A DNA stretch of 64,000 nucleotides from Laetmonice hystrix (GCA_965235115.1 OZ249436.1:46378001-46442000); one strand, 5' to 3'; counted from the first letter of the stretch, positions 37,554 through 51,382 are shown. Numbers and translations are program-made. Notes: generated from the sequence alone by a model not told the origin.

Positions 37554-39058
37554 GTAAGTATTAAGTCCTCACCGAATCCGGTTGAAAGCAACCGTCATTC
37601 TACCTGATAAAAATCTCTTATGAAGCGGGGTTTTTTATGTGTGTCTCTGGAAAATAGCTGCAGTATGAAATACCGGAGAGCTTTTCTAAAGTTACCGCTG
37701 TCCATGACACAGGTTTCTGGTTTAACGTTTTCGATACACCACAGAAGAATATGTCTGCAAGAATGCGTGAATTGGCTGGTCATATTGCTGACGCTTTCAG
37801 TATCAATATCAGATTAATTTGTATCAACTACAGCATGTCGAACTATTAGAGTACTCTACACAAGCGCAGCCCCTGACTACTGTAGCTGACTGAATCCCTA
37901 TCCGTGGTCTGTGTTTGTTGCTAACACGACAGAGGCTTCCCAGAGCGTAGACTTCTAACCGTTTCCCGGGAGTAAAACCCCACTCGGATATAACAAGTAC
38001 TGATTGTATGGTGCAGTAATGTTATTAATGTCTGTCGACCAGTGATGACAGTCAGCAAGCCGAGAAGACCGTCATATTGCCTGTATGCCTGCTGTAGACT
38101 GACTGTTCTAATGAAGTGAAAACTAAGCAGACACGACCTAACAGTGGTCATTCAGATCGTCGCCAGAATTCAATGCAATCTAGATACCATAGTCGAGTTG
38201 CCTCCTAATGAGATTTGTGGTGGCCAGAGGTGGCTTAGCCTTTCCCACAGCTGGTCAGCCTTCTCACAGTGGGCCTGGGTCAGGACTTGGGAATCAGGGC
38301 TGCAACTGGCCAGGGTCGGGGAAATTAAAGGTTGGGTGGTCTGTGAGATTCAACTGCTGGTTCCGATTGGACGTGTGTGTATATATACACAAGTCTCAGG
38401 CTGTCGATGGCTGGTGTTATTCTACTGGGCGACTCGCCAGCCGCCCACCACTGCCGTCAGTGGTCGAGGCGGGCAGAGAACGGTCTCTCCGCCATTAGCT
38501 ATCATTATATTCTAGGCAAGCCGATTGTTTTTATCATTAGTCAGAAGTCGTGCATCATCACTGGTATTGAGGATTCAGGCGAATTACTTGCAGACGGTGG
38601 CACAGTCCGTCACAGACCGAGGCTTTGGTTTACATATCACCCTGAGTGACCGGGGACTAAACCTTTTATATCGGGTGGGTGACTTGTCGAACTCGGACGT
38701 TAAATATTTCAAAAACGTTCCAGGCTTAGATGTAATAACGTCCTACCTGGTTTTACTTGAATGGTCAGTTATAATATAAAATAAAAAACAAATATAAAAC
38801 AAGCCAGAATACTCGGTAAAACAAGATTAATGTGAATTACTTGGCGCTTAAAAAACTTCCATATAGAATGGATAGAATTCTATGATGGTTAGATCTGCCG
38901 CAACAATGAAATACAATCAGTTGGTTTCTTTGTGTCATTCGGCAATCATCATTCATATAACGGGAGATGGTCACGATCGTGTGTCATTGTCTCGGACACT
39001 GGAGAACGACGACCGTATTCAATATTAAAAGCCATCTCAGTTAGCCTATTAATTTGAC

Positions 39059-39083
39059 CAACGAGACTAGACTAGTCTCGTTG
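39059..39083. mobile_element. 25-bp perfect palindrome with CA..TG ends and a perfect 7-bp TSD-like flank
   Basis: ATTTGAC|CAACGAGACTAG-A-CTAGTCTCGTTG|ATTTGAC. Confidence 0.65.
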
Positions 39084-41989
39084 ATTTGACCGATCAGATC
39101 GGAGTGATTTGTGTATTTTAACGGTTTACTTAGTGCTTATTCCATTGCGTGCAAACTCACTCTAGTGTAAATGTTGCACTGGATAATTAGTCGGCTGTAA
39201 TTAATAATGGGTCATCAAATATGTGTACTTTAAAAAACAAACGGCTGCCAGTAATTTCATGAAATTATTGTCAAAAAAAGAGCGTTTGAACACGTGAAGT
39301 GTGTTGGTTTTTTTATTTCATCTTGTGGTATTATCATAAGGGGGTTGTTATTAACTGGGGCATACAGTTTACCTCTGTCACGATTCGTCACTGACGTCAG
39401 GCCACTCCTTATTGCGTGACACTCAGCGCTAAGAAAGAATCATAGTTTTCTTTTGTCCGGGCTCAGCAAAGAATGGCTGTCACCATAACATAGTTAATCC
39501 TCTGTAAAAAGTGTCTGTGTTTAATATTTTGATTGAGCGCACGGTAGAATGAGCAGTACAAACGAGGAAGGAGGACGCTAAGCTAGAGTCACAATATCTG
39601 CAGGCCTGTCGACTGATGTCTGCCCAATCCCATCCTAGAGTCTGTTTTTGTAGGGAAATCGGCCAGAAATGCATGCAAACGGTGCCGACTGCCGACGGCT
39701 TGCGCACTGTGGGATGACTTATTGGCCAGGAAAAGGCCAGGAAATTGTGAATGGACGCAGACGGAGATCAAAGACCATCTCCTTCCCCGACGTACACGCC
39801 AAAAAGTGAATGGCAAATAGAGGGAGAGCGAAAAAATAATACTGAATGCAGGGTATTGCTTTTATCCTATGATGTCAGTGGAGCTGACGCGTGACAACAG
39901 TTGTATGTAATGAGGACCTGTTTAGGCTGGTAATGGTCAAAACGACTTTGTAGTACGTATCCACAAAGTCGTGCGCAAATGGGCAGTCTTTACAAGTATT
40001 CCACGTTCACTGCCCTCTGAGCGTTTCAATCCGTGGCTGAAAGCGTTGTCATGTCGTTTTGCTTACTGTACAAATTATCTCCCCTTTGTATTCCAAAGTT
40101 TTGACATTTTCAGCAGACACAGCGGGGAGGCCATAAAGCGCGTGCCCACGGCTCCAGCCTTACACGCCAAACAGAAAAACGTCATATAGCATTTTGTAGG
40201 AAGTTGTCATCCATTCTAATGGAATCACTGAAACATTATCCAAACACGCGTGGGGCCTTTCTCCCTCGACATGTGTCTCAAACAGGCCGCAAGTGCTGAT
40301 CATGTCCAAAGCACGTGGCGCAATTCCAAATGAAGGGTCCTAATTAAACTGGGCAAAGAGCCTTGTGGGACGTGACCCCCTGGTTAATAATTGACAAGCC
40401 CAGGCAGATGATCCTGCTGACAAGACAAAGGCAGGGGGACCCATGTGTGTCATCATCCCCTCAATGGCCTGGGACTCACTGAAAGCATATGTACTGGGGG
40501 CCAAATGGGCCCGTCCACCTGCTGGAGTCTCCACATTGCCAGCCTGACCCGACCGGCCGCACTCAATTGCTATCAATGTGATCTGTCAGAGAACGGTCGG
40601 GTTTATAAAGGACAGAGTACTGTTTCACAGCGGGGCGCTCATATGAGAACTGAATTTGATTGAACGTCAGCCTACTCACAATGGGACTATTCAGAGCCGC
40701 CACTTTGGGCCATGCATTATAAGGAAGATTTTCCATAATTGTTAAGTATAGAAGCCTGAGACGATTCCTCCCCCTATTACGGCCCTGATAACAAAGGGGG
40801 CAACCCCCCCCCCCCCCCCCCCCCACGGCCTTACTCAAATATCCCGAGACCCGGTTGGTGGACTCTGTCCCAGGGTCATCCACAGGTTACTCCGAGTCGG
40901 TCTCCATACCCTGTGTTTGTTCTCCGATCTATAATATTGCTGAATGCTGCAGTTTCTAGGAGCTATGTTACAGTGCAAGCCGGGAAATGTCATTCCGAGC
41001 AGGTCTAGTTGTCACCGACTGAGATAAATTGTAAAGGGAAGTATCCGGCTGAGACGCTGCCAAGCTCTGACTGTTGTTGTGAATGACAGATGGGGTGGCG
41101 ATTCGAACGCCCCTCCCGGCGTTCAGCCACTGGTAGGGCCCGCCCGATCCACACAGCCCGGCGTGTAGCTCACTCAGTCTGAGCCTCACCCTGTCCCTCT
41201 CAACATTTGGTGCATACAAACCACTGGAAGCTGGCGTTCTGTATTCGCGACCACTGACTAAAGGTAACACATGGCATTGTCAAGGACACACATGGCATTG
41301 TCAAGGACACACAGGGGAGAGATTAGGGACCGAGAATCTCACCGGTCTATGGTGTAGCACGTGCTAACCCGCTAGAAATCATAATAGTTACATCTCCATG
41401 GCGACGAATAAACGGCAGGTCGAGCCACAACAAGACGGACAAATATTTCACACCCATCTTCCAAAAACCTTTTTTCGTCAGAATTCCTTTTTTCAATACG
41501 ATGTGAGCGTATGATTTCTTTCACCATTTGGATGCGTGGTGGGACCAATCCCATCCAGCAATTTGTAATAAATTGAAATAAAAATCATCTTACATTATGA
41601 AAGAAATGCACACAGTGATGTTGCCTTTCATTAATCACACTGCAGGACAAATTCAAAGCAAAAATTTGAAAACATGGGGAATGTTTAATTCCAGGCGGTT
41701 AGTACGACCCAATATCTTGTTTCATGTGTTCAGTGAAGTCCTAGTCGTCGATCTCGTTGTAAGAGCGCGGTGTAAGGGGCAGTGGAAGGAGGGTTGGAGA
41801 GCGGGTTCCCGCATCAGTTGTCTCATGTAAGGTGGTGGAATGGAAGGGGGTAGTTATCGGAACACGCGATACCCGCCGTCGTCACCCGGGAACTGACGGC
41901 AGGCACACGGTGTGCCCCCCGGGTGGTTGACGGGCACCACGTGGTGTTCATGTCGTCGTAACGTGCACGTGTTGTCGTGTTGTCGGGGG

Positions 41990-42832
41990 CGACATCTGGT
42001 GGACATCACGTGGTCCTCACAACCTGTCCGTCAGCCATCCTGTCCCATCCTGGAAACAGTTGCCGTTTCCACACTGGAAACACGACATCTGGTGGACATC
42101 ACCTGGTCCTCACAACCAGGCATTAACAACTCCTGTCCCATCCTGGAAACAGTTGCCGTTTCTACCCTGGAAACAGTTGAGGTTTCCACCCTGGAAACAG
42201 TTGCCGTTTCCACCCTGGAAACAGTTGCCGTTTCCACCCTGGAAACAGTTGAGGTTTCCACCCTGGAAACAGTTGCCGTTTCCACACTGGAAACAGTTGA
42301 GGTTTCCACCCTGGAAACAGTTGCCGTTTCCACACTGGAAACAGTTGAGGTTTCCACACTGGAAACACGACATCTGGGAGCTATCACCTGGTCCTCACAA
42401 CCATGCAGGAACAACTCCTGTCTCATCCTGGAAACAGTTACCGTTTCTACCTTGGAAAAACGACATCTGGTGGACATCCTCACAACCATGCATTAACAAC
42501 TCCGGTCCCATCCAGGAAACAGTTACCGTTTCCACCCTGGAAACAGTTGAGGTTTCCACCCTGGAAACAGTTGAAGTTTCCACCCTGGAAACAGTTGCCG
42601 TTTCCACCCAGGATGTTAACAGGTGACGTTCCAACCCTTGAAACGGTTGACGTTCCAACCCTTGAAACGATTGACGTTCCAACCCTTGAAACGGTTGACG
42701 TTCCAACCCTTGAAACGGTTGACGTTCCCACCCTGGAAACAATAGTGGGCGTGTCCACCCTGGAAACATTTACCGTTTCCCACCTTGAAACAGTGGACGT
42801 TCCTACCCTGGAGACAGTTGTCGTTTCCACCC
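41990..42832. repeat. Composite array: 24-bp hairpin units interspersed with a repeated longer module, then a diverged 24-bp subfamily
   Basis: CTGGAAACAGTTG(CC/AG)GTTTCCACC units; CGACATCTGG...CCTCACAACC module four times; GTTCCAACCCTTGAAACGGTTGAC units from about 42625. Confidence 0.95.
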
Positions 42833-44236
42833 GCAAACCAGTGGACAAACTTCCAATTCTCAACCATTCTCTGGAGGTGATCAATAGAGATTTAATGTTG
42901 TGTAATGTGTATAATGTGTGGGGAGTAAAACACTGGCTTACAGTACACATTGATTGATATCAAAGATATTAAATCACAGTTGCCTGCATTGCTCAACTTT
43001 TTTATGACACAGATGGCTTTAGGCATTTAACAATCACCTTGACCAATTTATTTAAGTACACCTATTCACCGAAATCACCTGATTGTTTGAAATAGTGAAT
43101 TACCTTTAATTGAATGACACGTCAAATTCTGAACCGATTAGTTGCAGAGTTACCTGGGGAATATTTTGGATACTAACATTCCTTAAGGACACAGCTGTAC
43201 GGAATGAGAACAATTAAACAGTAGTATTGGTCTGATGTTGGTCACACTGCCGGAGAACTCACTAACGCCGACTGCACACACACTTCCATGATTTGATTTG
43301 ATACGACAGATCGGCTGTAACTGTTGGTGCCATCCTATCATTCAGGTATTCGGGGTGATATTACACTCGTCCTCAGCCAGCTGTTGTAGACACAAGCAGC
43401 GGCCAGAATTACTGTCAATCCTTTACCGGGGGAAGTTGGTCATCAGAGGCCGAGTCCCCTAAATCCACAGTCGGCCCACACCCTGCCCACACTTCCGATC
43501 TGCGAGCCATTGACAGCCCGGCAAGGATTTGCGCCCGATGCTGCCGCTACTAGGACCAGATCCATTGTGGATCTGGGTGTGATCAGCACATGGTAGGGCG
43601 TACCGGGGAGGGAGGGGGTGGGGCACTGATGGATCACGTGGGGGAGAGACAGGGCGGGGTGATGAAGGCCCAGTGTCGTGAGGACAGATCCCCGCCTAAT
43701 GGCCTCAATATGGGGCCATGGAATCTGGCTCCCATACAGACAGCAACTGACAAATCCCAACAATCCCGCACTAAATTGGACATCCATTGTTCCACGATCT
43801 GAACCCCTCCCCCTGAGTACCTCCCTGCGTCCTCCGGCGGCATTCTGAACGCATTCGGGGGAGAATTGATTATTTTTTTTAGTCAGGGCGGGGGTTATAA
43901 AACGGTAACAGAAGAATTAGCAGTGGTTGTACAGCGGATAATGTAACACATAATCCATCTGGGTCCGGTATTAGTATGAATGTTACACAATGAATTAAAG
44001 TGGGAGAACGGATAGAATCCTTCCCGATAAAAGCTTCTTTTTTCGTGACAGAGGAATTGAAACTCGGGATCACATCTGGGCATGCTCTCATGACTAACCG
44101 GGCTAAAAACGTTGGTTGGCTGACAAATATATGTTACAGTCATTTTTGTCTTTAAACGGGAGTCGGAAAGAATCCCTTGTCATTTTGTTCCGACTGTCTC
44201 CATGTCAGCTCGTCTTCGGAGTTGTCAGTTTTAGCT

Positions 44237-44466
44237 CCCCCTTGGTGACCAGGGGTAAGAATGATCCCCTTGGTGACCAGGGGTAAGAAAGATCCCCCTT
44301 GGTGATCAGGGGTAAGAATGATCCCCCTTGGTGATCAGGGGTAAGGAAGATCCCCCTTGGTGATCAGGGGTAAGAATGATCCCCCTTGGTGATCAGGGGT
44401 AAGAATGATCCCCCTTGGTGATCAGGGGTAAGAATGATCCCCCTTGGTGATCAGGGGTAAGAATGA
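44237..44466. repeat. Minisatellite, 29-bp unit, about 8 copies
   Basis: Unit ATGATCCCCCTTGGTGATCAGGGGTAAGA. Confidence 0.97.
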
Positions 44467-44577
44467 GTGACACAGATGGATTTGCATCCTTCCAGTACCA
44501 TTTTCCTCACTAGCCCTCCCCAGTGCTCCACAACTGGGTCATCACAGGCTTTGGTATGTATAGCCGTGTCTGTGCGA

Positions 44578-44766
44578 CTGGGCATATATAAGACCCCTTG
44601 AATTTTTTTGAAAAGAGTAGGGAGTTTCTTTCTCACTTCATCCTCATCATCACCCACCTCCTGGCACTCGGGGGTACAATAGGTCCCTTGACTGAATTAA
44701 ATGGTTCCTATCGCGCTGTATATGACTGAAATACTGTCGACGTTTAACCTCACTCACTCAGTCAGT
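44578..44766 (+). mobile_element. Possible 3' part of an invertebrate SINE (Nin/Deu-core-like)
   Basis: GGGCATATATAAGACCCCTTG..TTTTGAAAAGAGTAGGG resembles a recalled SINE core motif; the tail ATATGACTGAAATACTGT..CGTTTAACC ends in (CACT)n/(CAGT)n. Based on memory of such families, not a search. Confidence 0.4.
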
Positions 44767-45411
44767 TTGACCTCGTGTTTCTACTGCATGACCTTGCCAT
44801 GGGTTCTGAACTATATTTGGTCCTGAGATTGAATCTCAGTAATATTGATCGTACGAGCTAAGTCCATTAGTATTATTGTCTGAAGGTGTTCGGCTCGGGA
44901 GGTACGTTAATATGTAATGAAGGTAAGGCCTCGTGAGCACGCTCATTCATCAGACTGTGGTAGAAATAACAGGTGAGGAGGTGTTGTAATCAAAACGTCA
45001 TCTACAAAAGTTCTTCATCAATAAAAGGTGGCTTCATTCCAAATTTGCTTCATTGCTTGAATATTTCCGTCCGTTTTTTGTGTGTGTTCTGTATTGTTGC
45101 CATGGGTTTGATGAAGACGCGCCTTGCGACGTTTTTAGAGGTGAAGTGGTGTTTTTTTATGTTATCTGTTTTTCCCTGGCAGTGGCTGGGGCAGCTGGCC
45201 TGGATATAAAACCCATCTGTTTCTAGAATGTCGTTTTATCTCCTACCTGTGAAGGCAAGTGTTCGCACCTGTCCTCTAGGACATGTAGGATGCTAGAGTA
45301 TGATCTGGTTGGTCTCGCTCACCCAATACTCTCAAAGAGCTCACGGCAAGAGCTCTCTCCCGTCCTTTGACTACCGAGAACTGCTCAGGACTACCTCTCT
45401 CCCAGCTCAAG

Positions 45412-46046
45412 GCTGTAGACCGGCTCACGGCCAGCTGCAGACCGGTCAGCTGTAGACCGGCCAGCTGTGGACCGGCTCACGGCCAGCTGTAGACCGGCAA
45501 ATGACCAGCGGTAGATCAGCTGTAGAGTGCTGACGGCCGGCTGTAGACACGATCAGCTGTAGACCGGCTCACGATCAGCTGTAGACTGCTGACGGCCGGC
45601 TGTAGACACGGCCAACTGTAGACCGGCTCACGGCCAGCTGTAGACCGGCTCATGACCAGCTGTAGACCGGCTCACGACCAGCTGTAGACACGGCCAGCTG
45701 TAGACCGGATCACGACCAGCTGTAGACCAGCTGTAGACCGGCTCACGACCAGCTGTAGACCGGCTCACGGCCACCTGTAGACCGGCTCACGGCCACCTGT
45801 AGACCGTCTCACGACCAGCTGTAGACCGGCTCACGGCCAGCTGTAGATCGGCTCACGGCCAGCTATAGATCGGCTCACGGCCAGCTGTAGACCGGCTCAC
45901 GACCAGCTGTAGGCCGGCTCACGGCCAGCTGTAGATCGGCTCACGGCCAGCTGTAGACCGGCTCACGACCAGCTGTAGACCGGCTCACGGCCAGCTGTAG
46001 ACCGGCTCACGGCCAGCTGTAGACCGGCTCATGGCCAGCTGTAGAC
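45412..46046. repeat. Minisatellite, about 22-bp unit, degenerate on its left side
   Basis: Unit GCTCACG(G/A)CCAGCTGTAGACCG. Confidence 0.96.
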
Positions 46047-49000
46047 TATAGTTCCCGCCAGACGTGACGGTACCGAATACCGTCACTGTTGAGTGACACC
46101 ATGCAGACTTGACCACGACGACTTGCCCCCTTGGGGTGGGGGTGGAGGGTGAAACGGGGGTGACGGTGGGGCTCTTAGACCTTAGCACCTAAAAGACCCC
46201 ATCCGTCCGCGGGAGCTGTCTCCCTGAGGGGTGGGGAGGGGATTAGATCCCGCCGGACCCCCTCTCCGTGTGATGATAATCACCCGAGGTTTGGGCTCAG
46301 CCCACCGAGCAGCCCAGATCCTCGCCTGCCGTGGTCCACAAGCCCAGCGCTAAGCTGGTGTTAGTGGAATCAAAGCCAAGGTGTACGCCAGCTGGCAATG
46401 TAACCAGAGGCAATACCCCGGCATTACAGACTGCAAACCTCCCCTGAATTATTGCACACCACGGGATAATCCGGTCACGACAGCGTCCCACTTATAAAAG
46501 ACAACTCATCAAAGACAATGGTCGTAGTCACGTGGTTCATGCCTAGCCGCTGCGTGAACGGCAAGGCTTTCAACGTCTGTGAAATCTTCATGTGGATTTA
46601 ACATGAACAAAATCAGCGAGAGAAATCCCAACAGACCTTGGGGGACACTGGAAGCATCTGGTTGTAGTGTTAATGTAGAATCACTTTGATCCCCATTGTA
46701 ATGTAAGGACATCTGAAGAACCTATAAGAAAAGATGAACACTGCTCTACGCCTTTATTATAAGCCGCTTTTTCTCAGCCTGCTTGTCTGTTATCTGGTAC
46801 TTGCTTCCCACGCCCCATCTAGTGCTTTCAAGTGTTTCCCCAAGGTACGTGGTACTCCTCCACATTTGATGTAATTTGTATTGCCATTTCTTTCTCCTCC
46901 GTGGCTTCTGTCCACGTCATACATTTCCATTTGACTGGGACAGAGTTCATGTTGTTGCCGACTTGCCCTACCAAATGCTGTTAGAGTCCGAGGTAATATT
47001 TTGAGTGGTTTGCCAGGTTTGCCCCAGGGTCAAGCCCGGCTGGATATTGCTGCTATGGCATTTGAAGCAGTGCCCCACCGTCCATAACAGCAGGGGCCAC
47101 CACCATACCAAGGCGTCCGACTATCAAATGATCATGATAGCTACATTTTAAGGATGAGCCCAGACCCAGATTGCCACCGACCTATTTGGCCATCTTAAAG
47201 GCCACTGGGGTTATGTCTTTGGAGGGCAGTTTGATGGGAACTGTCTGATTGGAGGCGATATGATGATGACATTCGCTACGCAATGCCTGGCGATAAAGGG
47301 CAAGGCCATAAGAACAGTTTATACACCTAGGTTTTTAGGCTACAGAGGCCGGCCAAGGTTTTCACACGGAGTTTGGCTTTCATTTCTCATCGACTCCATA
47401 TACTTCACGGCTCCTTTACCTTCTCACCTGTCTTCGTTTTGTACACGGAGAAATATTTTATAATGTGATATACAAGAGCGCCGAAATCCGTACGGATGTA
47501 ATCTAGGTCTCCGCTACAGTATTTAACATGTTCTGGACGTGTGATATCACATAATTACGTCAGGTCTGCGGCGGCTTATCTCTAGAAGTGACAGTTTGGG
47601 TGATCCAGCAATAGAACGTCGGCAGAGCTGCTTACTTGTCATTAGATTACAGTGTCTGTATGTATCACTCGGCAGACTGTAATCAAAGAGGTCGGCGGCT
47701 AGCACACATTGAGTCGACTTGAGCATTGGCATCTGATAGCGTGGTGTTACTTGTGTACAATTCTTTCACTGTGTCATTATTCAGCAGGCGCGGAGAAAAG
47801 TCTTGAGACTGATATTGAGGAGAGTTATGATTCTTGGTTGGTGGTACGGGTACCTGGCCAGGTTGATAAGGTCTGTATCTACCTCCGGCACATACCTGGG
47901 TGATAACACCTCAAAGACCGACGCTTACAACATCCAGTTGTCAATCCATGGGTGGGGAACATTATGGCAGGGGTGCGGGTATTTAGGGCAGGGTGTATTC
48001 CAGGTACCAGGCAGGTCAGAGAGGGCTTGCTCGTGGGTAAAGACAGAGGTCGGGAGCGAAAGGTACACGTGGAGCACCTTCACAAAAGTTGTTCGATGTT
48101 TGAAATTGGTCAGATGACATTACAAGCGACAAGAAACATTATCCTTGCGATTCGAACCCAACCCATCGAGAAAAGATGGAAGATTAGGGGCTCAACGTCG
48201 ATGTCTCAGGGTCGTTTTTATTCAGTAGGCCTAGAGATTCCTAATTTAATTTGGGTGATCTTCGAGTGGGTCTTGAGGTGACATGTTCGTAAAGTGAGGG
48301 CAGTCCCAACGACTGCAAGGATTTTCTTGTGTTGATCTTCCATTTGGCCCGCCAGAGTCGCAGAGTCTGACCCCATGGCCCGGGTTTGGGAGACCAAAAA
48401 GGTTGACTATTATCTTGCAGAGAGGAGAAATCTTTGAGGCCGGCTCCACTGTCTGTGAAGGGGGTTCTCACCTAGGGAGGGGTTAGTGAAAGTATCTGGA
48501 GGTCGCGGTTGGAAGTCGGTAAATCACCACGGAATGGTCCCTAGGTTTGGTTCACAGAACGCCCGCCAGTGGCGCTGTCGGCGTGGTTTACACAGGTACG
48601 TACACATGTATGGTGTCCGCAGCAAGGCGGGAGGTAAAAACATAGTATCGGGCGATCACTGTAGGCTGCTGGTTATGTGACTCGCCAGATTTCGCGGAAG
48701 GCGACACGAGCGATGCGATCACAAACACTGCCATCTCTCCACACACACACAGCGTGAACGTCTGTGGCGCGAAGTTTCCCCTTTTTTTATGTCGTGTTAA
48801 AGGTCGAAGTGGAGGGTGGAAGGGATAAGATTTGACACAGGAGCCGGCCGCCTGGAGTGTGCCCAGGCCCCGGCAGGTTGTGCCTGGAAACCCCCGGTGA
48901 CACAGTGATAGTCTGTTTGTAGTACTGTTAGCGGAGACTGGCAGGAACTGCTGACTGTTTGTAAACAGTTGTCCTGGGCCGTGGGGAGGGGGGAGACTTG

Positions 49001-50558
49001 GGTACCACGGCATGGGAACGGTGAGTCCATGACACCGGCTACCATTGCCTATATCATCCTACTCGTGTCATTGAGAAATCTGGCACGGCTGGGAAACCTT
49101 GAAGTAACACCTGAGCTGGTGTCCCAGGCACCTACCGTCTAAAAAAATGATGAAGAGGTTTCCTTTGACAGACCGACATTTAAAAAAAGCAAGACCAGGA
49201 AGAGAGAAATGCCATGAGAGAGATACTTTGACTGTCCGTGATTCCCGTCATTATTTCATCTGGAGGGGATTCACATAGAGTTGTGAATGAGGAATGATAG
49301 CATATCAATCTCAGGAGACCACCGTGGAACTGTCTTATGGTGGTTTGGTGAGTGAGTGCGAAGACGGCGCAGTTTGAGTACGGCCGCCGGGGGGGGGTGT
49401 CTCCCACGATCCGTGAGGGATTGCACTAGAACTGTCTCCATGGTAGCGATGAAGGAGATTACCCTCGGCTGGAGCCGGCAGATCCGCCCAAGATCAACCC
49501 CCACCCCACCCGTATCTACCCCACCCCCTCCTTGCCACCCCAGCCGGCGGTAGTCCACCTAATATCTGGAAGATCAGACCATCCTGGGTAAACACGATGT
49601 ATTATTAGCCGGTTCCCTGACCATCGATCGAGGCGCCCTCTGTGGGCAGTGACCGGTATCAGTACCGATTGGTGGCATCAGTATCAGGTCGACCAGCTAA
49701 TCAAACCTCCCACCACTCCGAGCTGTGGTGGTACCGTTCTTCTGTCCTCCTCACCATTTATCTACCAAGTCGGAATCCTAAACCCTTGACGGAATAGACA
49801 TCTCCGGATAATGTTTTAATTATCTTGAGAAAATGATCGCTGGAGATAGAAGTAAGGACGTTTTATGCCGTGAAGTTATTTGACAAACTGGTTTGTGGAA
49901 GAAACATGTTGGCTGAGTTGGCCGTCCAAATGTCACCTCTGTTTTTACCCACATTTCCAAGATTTAACTGTCGGACAATGATTGGATACATGAGAGGTTT
50001 TTACACTGCCTTCTTTTGTTCGCGTTAAAAAGGATCTGGGCTGACCACGGTTGGAAGGTTAAATTCCCCGTATCCTTATCGGGGTATAGATTTCATATTC
50101 CGAGTGAAGGGAGGCATTCGTACGGTGGACAGATAATTAGAGGTTCGACAAGAAACCTGAGTCGGCACAAGTCACAAACTGATCTGGATTGTTTGTATCG
50201 TGAATGTGGAAAACACATCAAAGGCTATGATTCAACACAAGGCCATGATTCAACACAACTACAGTGTATAAGTTACCAGTGTTATCTTGGCACCATCTCA
50301 TAGATGGAAAGGGCGAACAATGATGTTGTACCTGTGATAATAGGTATAAACTATCTAAGATTGACGGTCACACGACTGACCCGACTCTCTCTTCCTCCCT
50401 CGCCAGGGTGTTCTCTATAATTTGATAATTCACTGAAGCAAGCAGAGGTAGTCGAGATGTAAAGCCAGCACCTCCCCTTCCGGCCGAGCCTCGGATCACG
50501 TTCGCGTCGGTAATGTTACTGTAATAAACCAGCCGTCCTCCACCACCCTCAATAAATA

Positions 50559-51382
50559 CCTGTCGTTCCACGTGTCCTGGAGCTCGGGTCATTCCACGTG
50601 TCCTGGGTCGCCTGTCGTTCCACGTGTCCTGGGGCTGTCGTTCCACGTGTTCTGGGTCTCCTGTCGTTCCACGTGTTCTGGGTCTCCTGTCGTTCCACGT
50701 GTTCTGGGTCTTCTGTCGTTCCACGTGTTCTGGGTCTCCTGTCGTTCCACGTGTTCTGGGTCTCCTGTCGTTCCACGTGTTCTGGGTCTCCTGTCGTTCC
50801 ACGTGTCCTGGGTCTCTTGTCGTTCCACGTGTCCTGGGTCTCCCGTCGTTCCACGTGTCCTGGGTCTCCTGTCGTTCCACGTGTCCTGGGGTTCCTGTCG
50901 TTCCACGTGTCCTGGGTCTCCTGTCGTTCCACGTGTCCTGGGGCTCCTGTCGTTCCACGTGTCCTGGGTCTCCTGTCGTTCCACGTGTCCTGGGTCTCCT
51001 GTCGTTCCACGTGTCCTGGGTCTCCTGTCGTTCCACGTGTCCTGGGTCTCCTGTCGTTCCACGTGTCCTGGGTCTCCTGTCGTTCCACGCGTCCTGGGGC
51101 TGTCGTTCCACGCGTCCTGGGGCTCCTGTCATTCCACGTGTCCTGGGTCTCCTGTCGTTCCACGTGTCCTGGGTCTCCTGTCGTTCCACGTGTCCTGGGG
51201 TTCCCGATGTTCCACGTGTCCTGGGGTTCCTGTCATTCCACGTGTCCTGGGTCTCCTGTCATTCCACGTGTCCTGGGTCTCCTGTCATTCCACGTGTCCT
51301 GGGTCTCCTGTCATTCCACGTGTCCTGGGTCTCCTGTCGTTCCACGTGTCCTGGGGCTCCTGTCGTTCCACGTGTCCTGGGG
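50559..51382. repeat. Minisatellite, 26-bp unit, about 31 copies
   Basis: Unit GTCGTTCCACGTGTCCTGGGTCTCCT. Confidence 0.98.

Noticed and set aside
41990..42832. CRISPR array or mucin-like (STLETVAV)n exon
   Set aside because: The intervening segments are themselves repeated; frames are broken by indels, no good splice sites were seen, and the peptide does not fit a Sema domain.
46700..47000. Possible reverse-transcriptase remnant (TYLG on the minus strand)
   Set aside because: A single short motif with no other RT motifs.
47260..47330. CLAIKGK as the next Sema exon (C-x-x-KGK)
   Set aside because: Wrong spacing, no downstream DC-x-N motif and no phase-0 acceptor.
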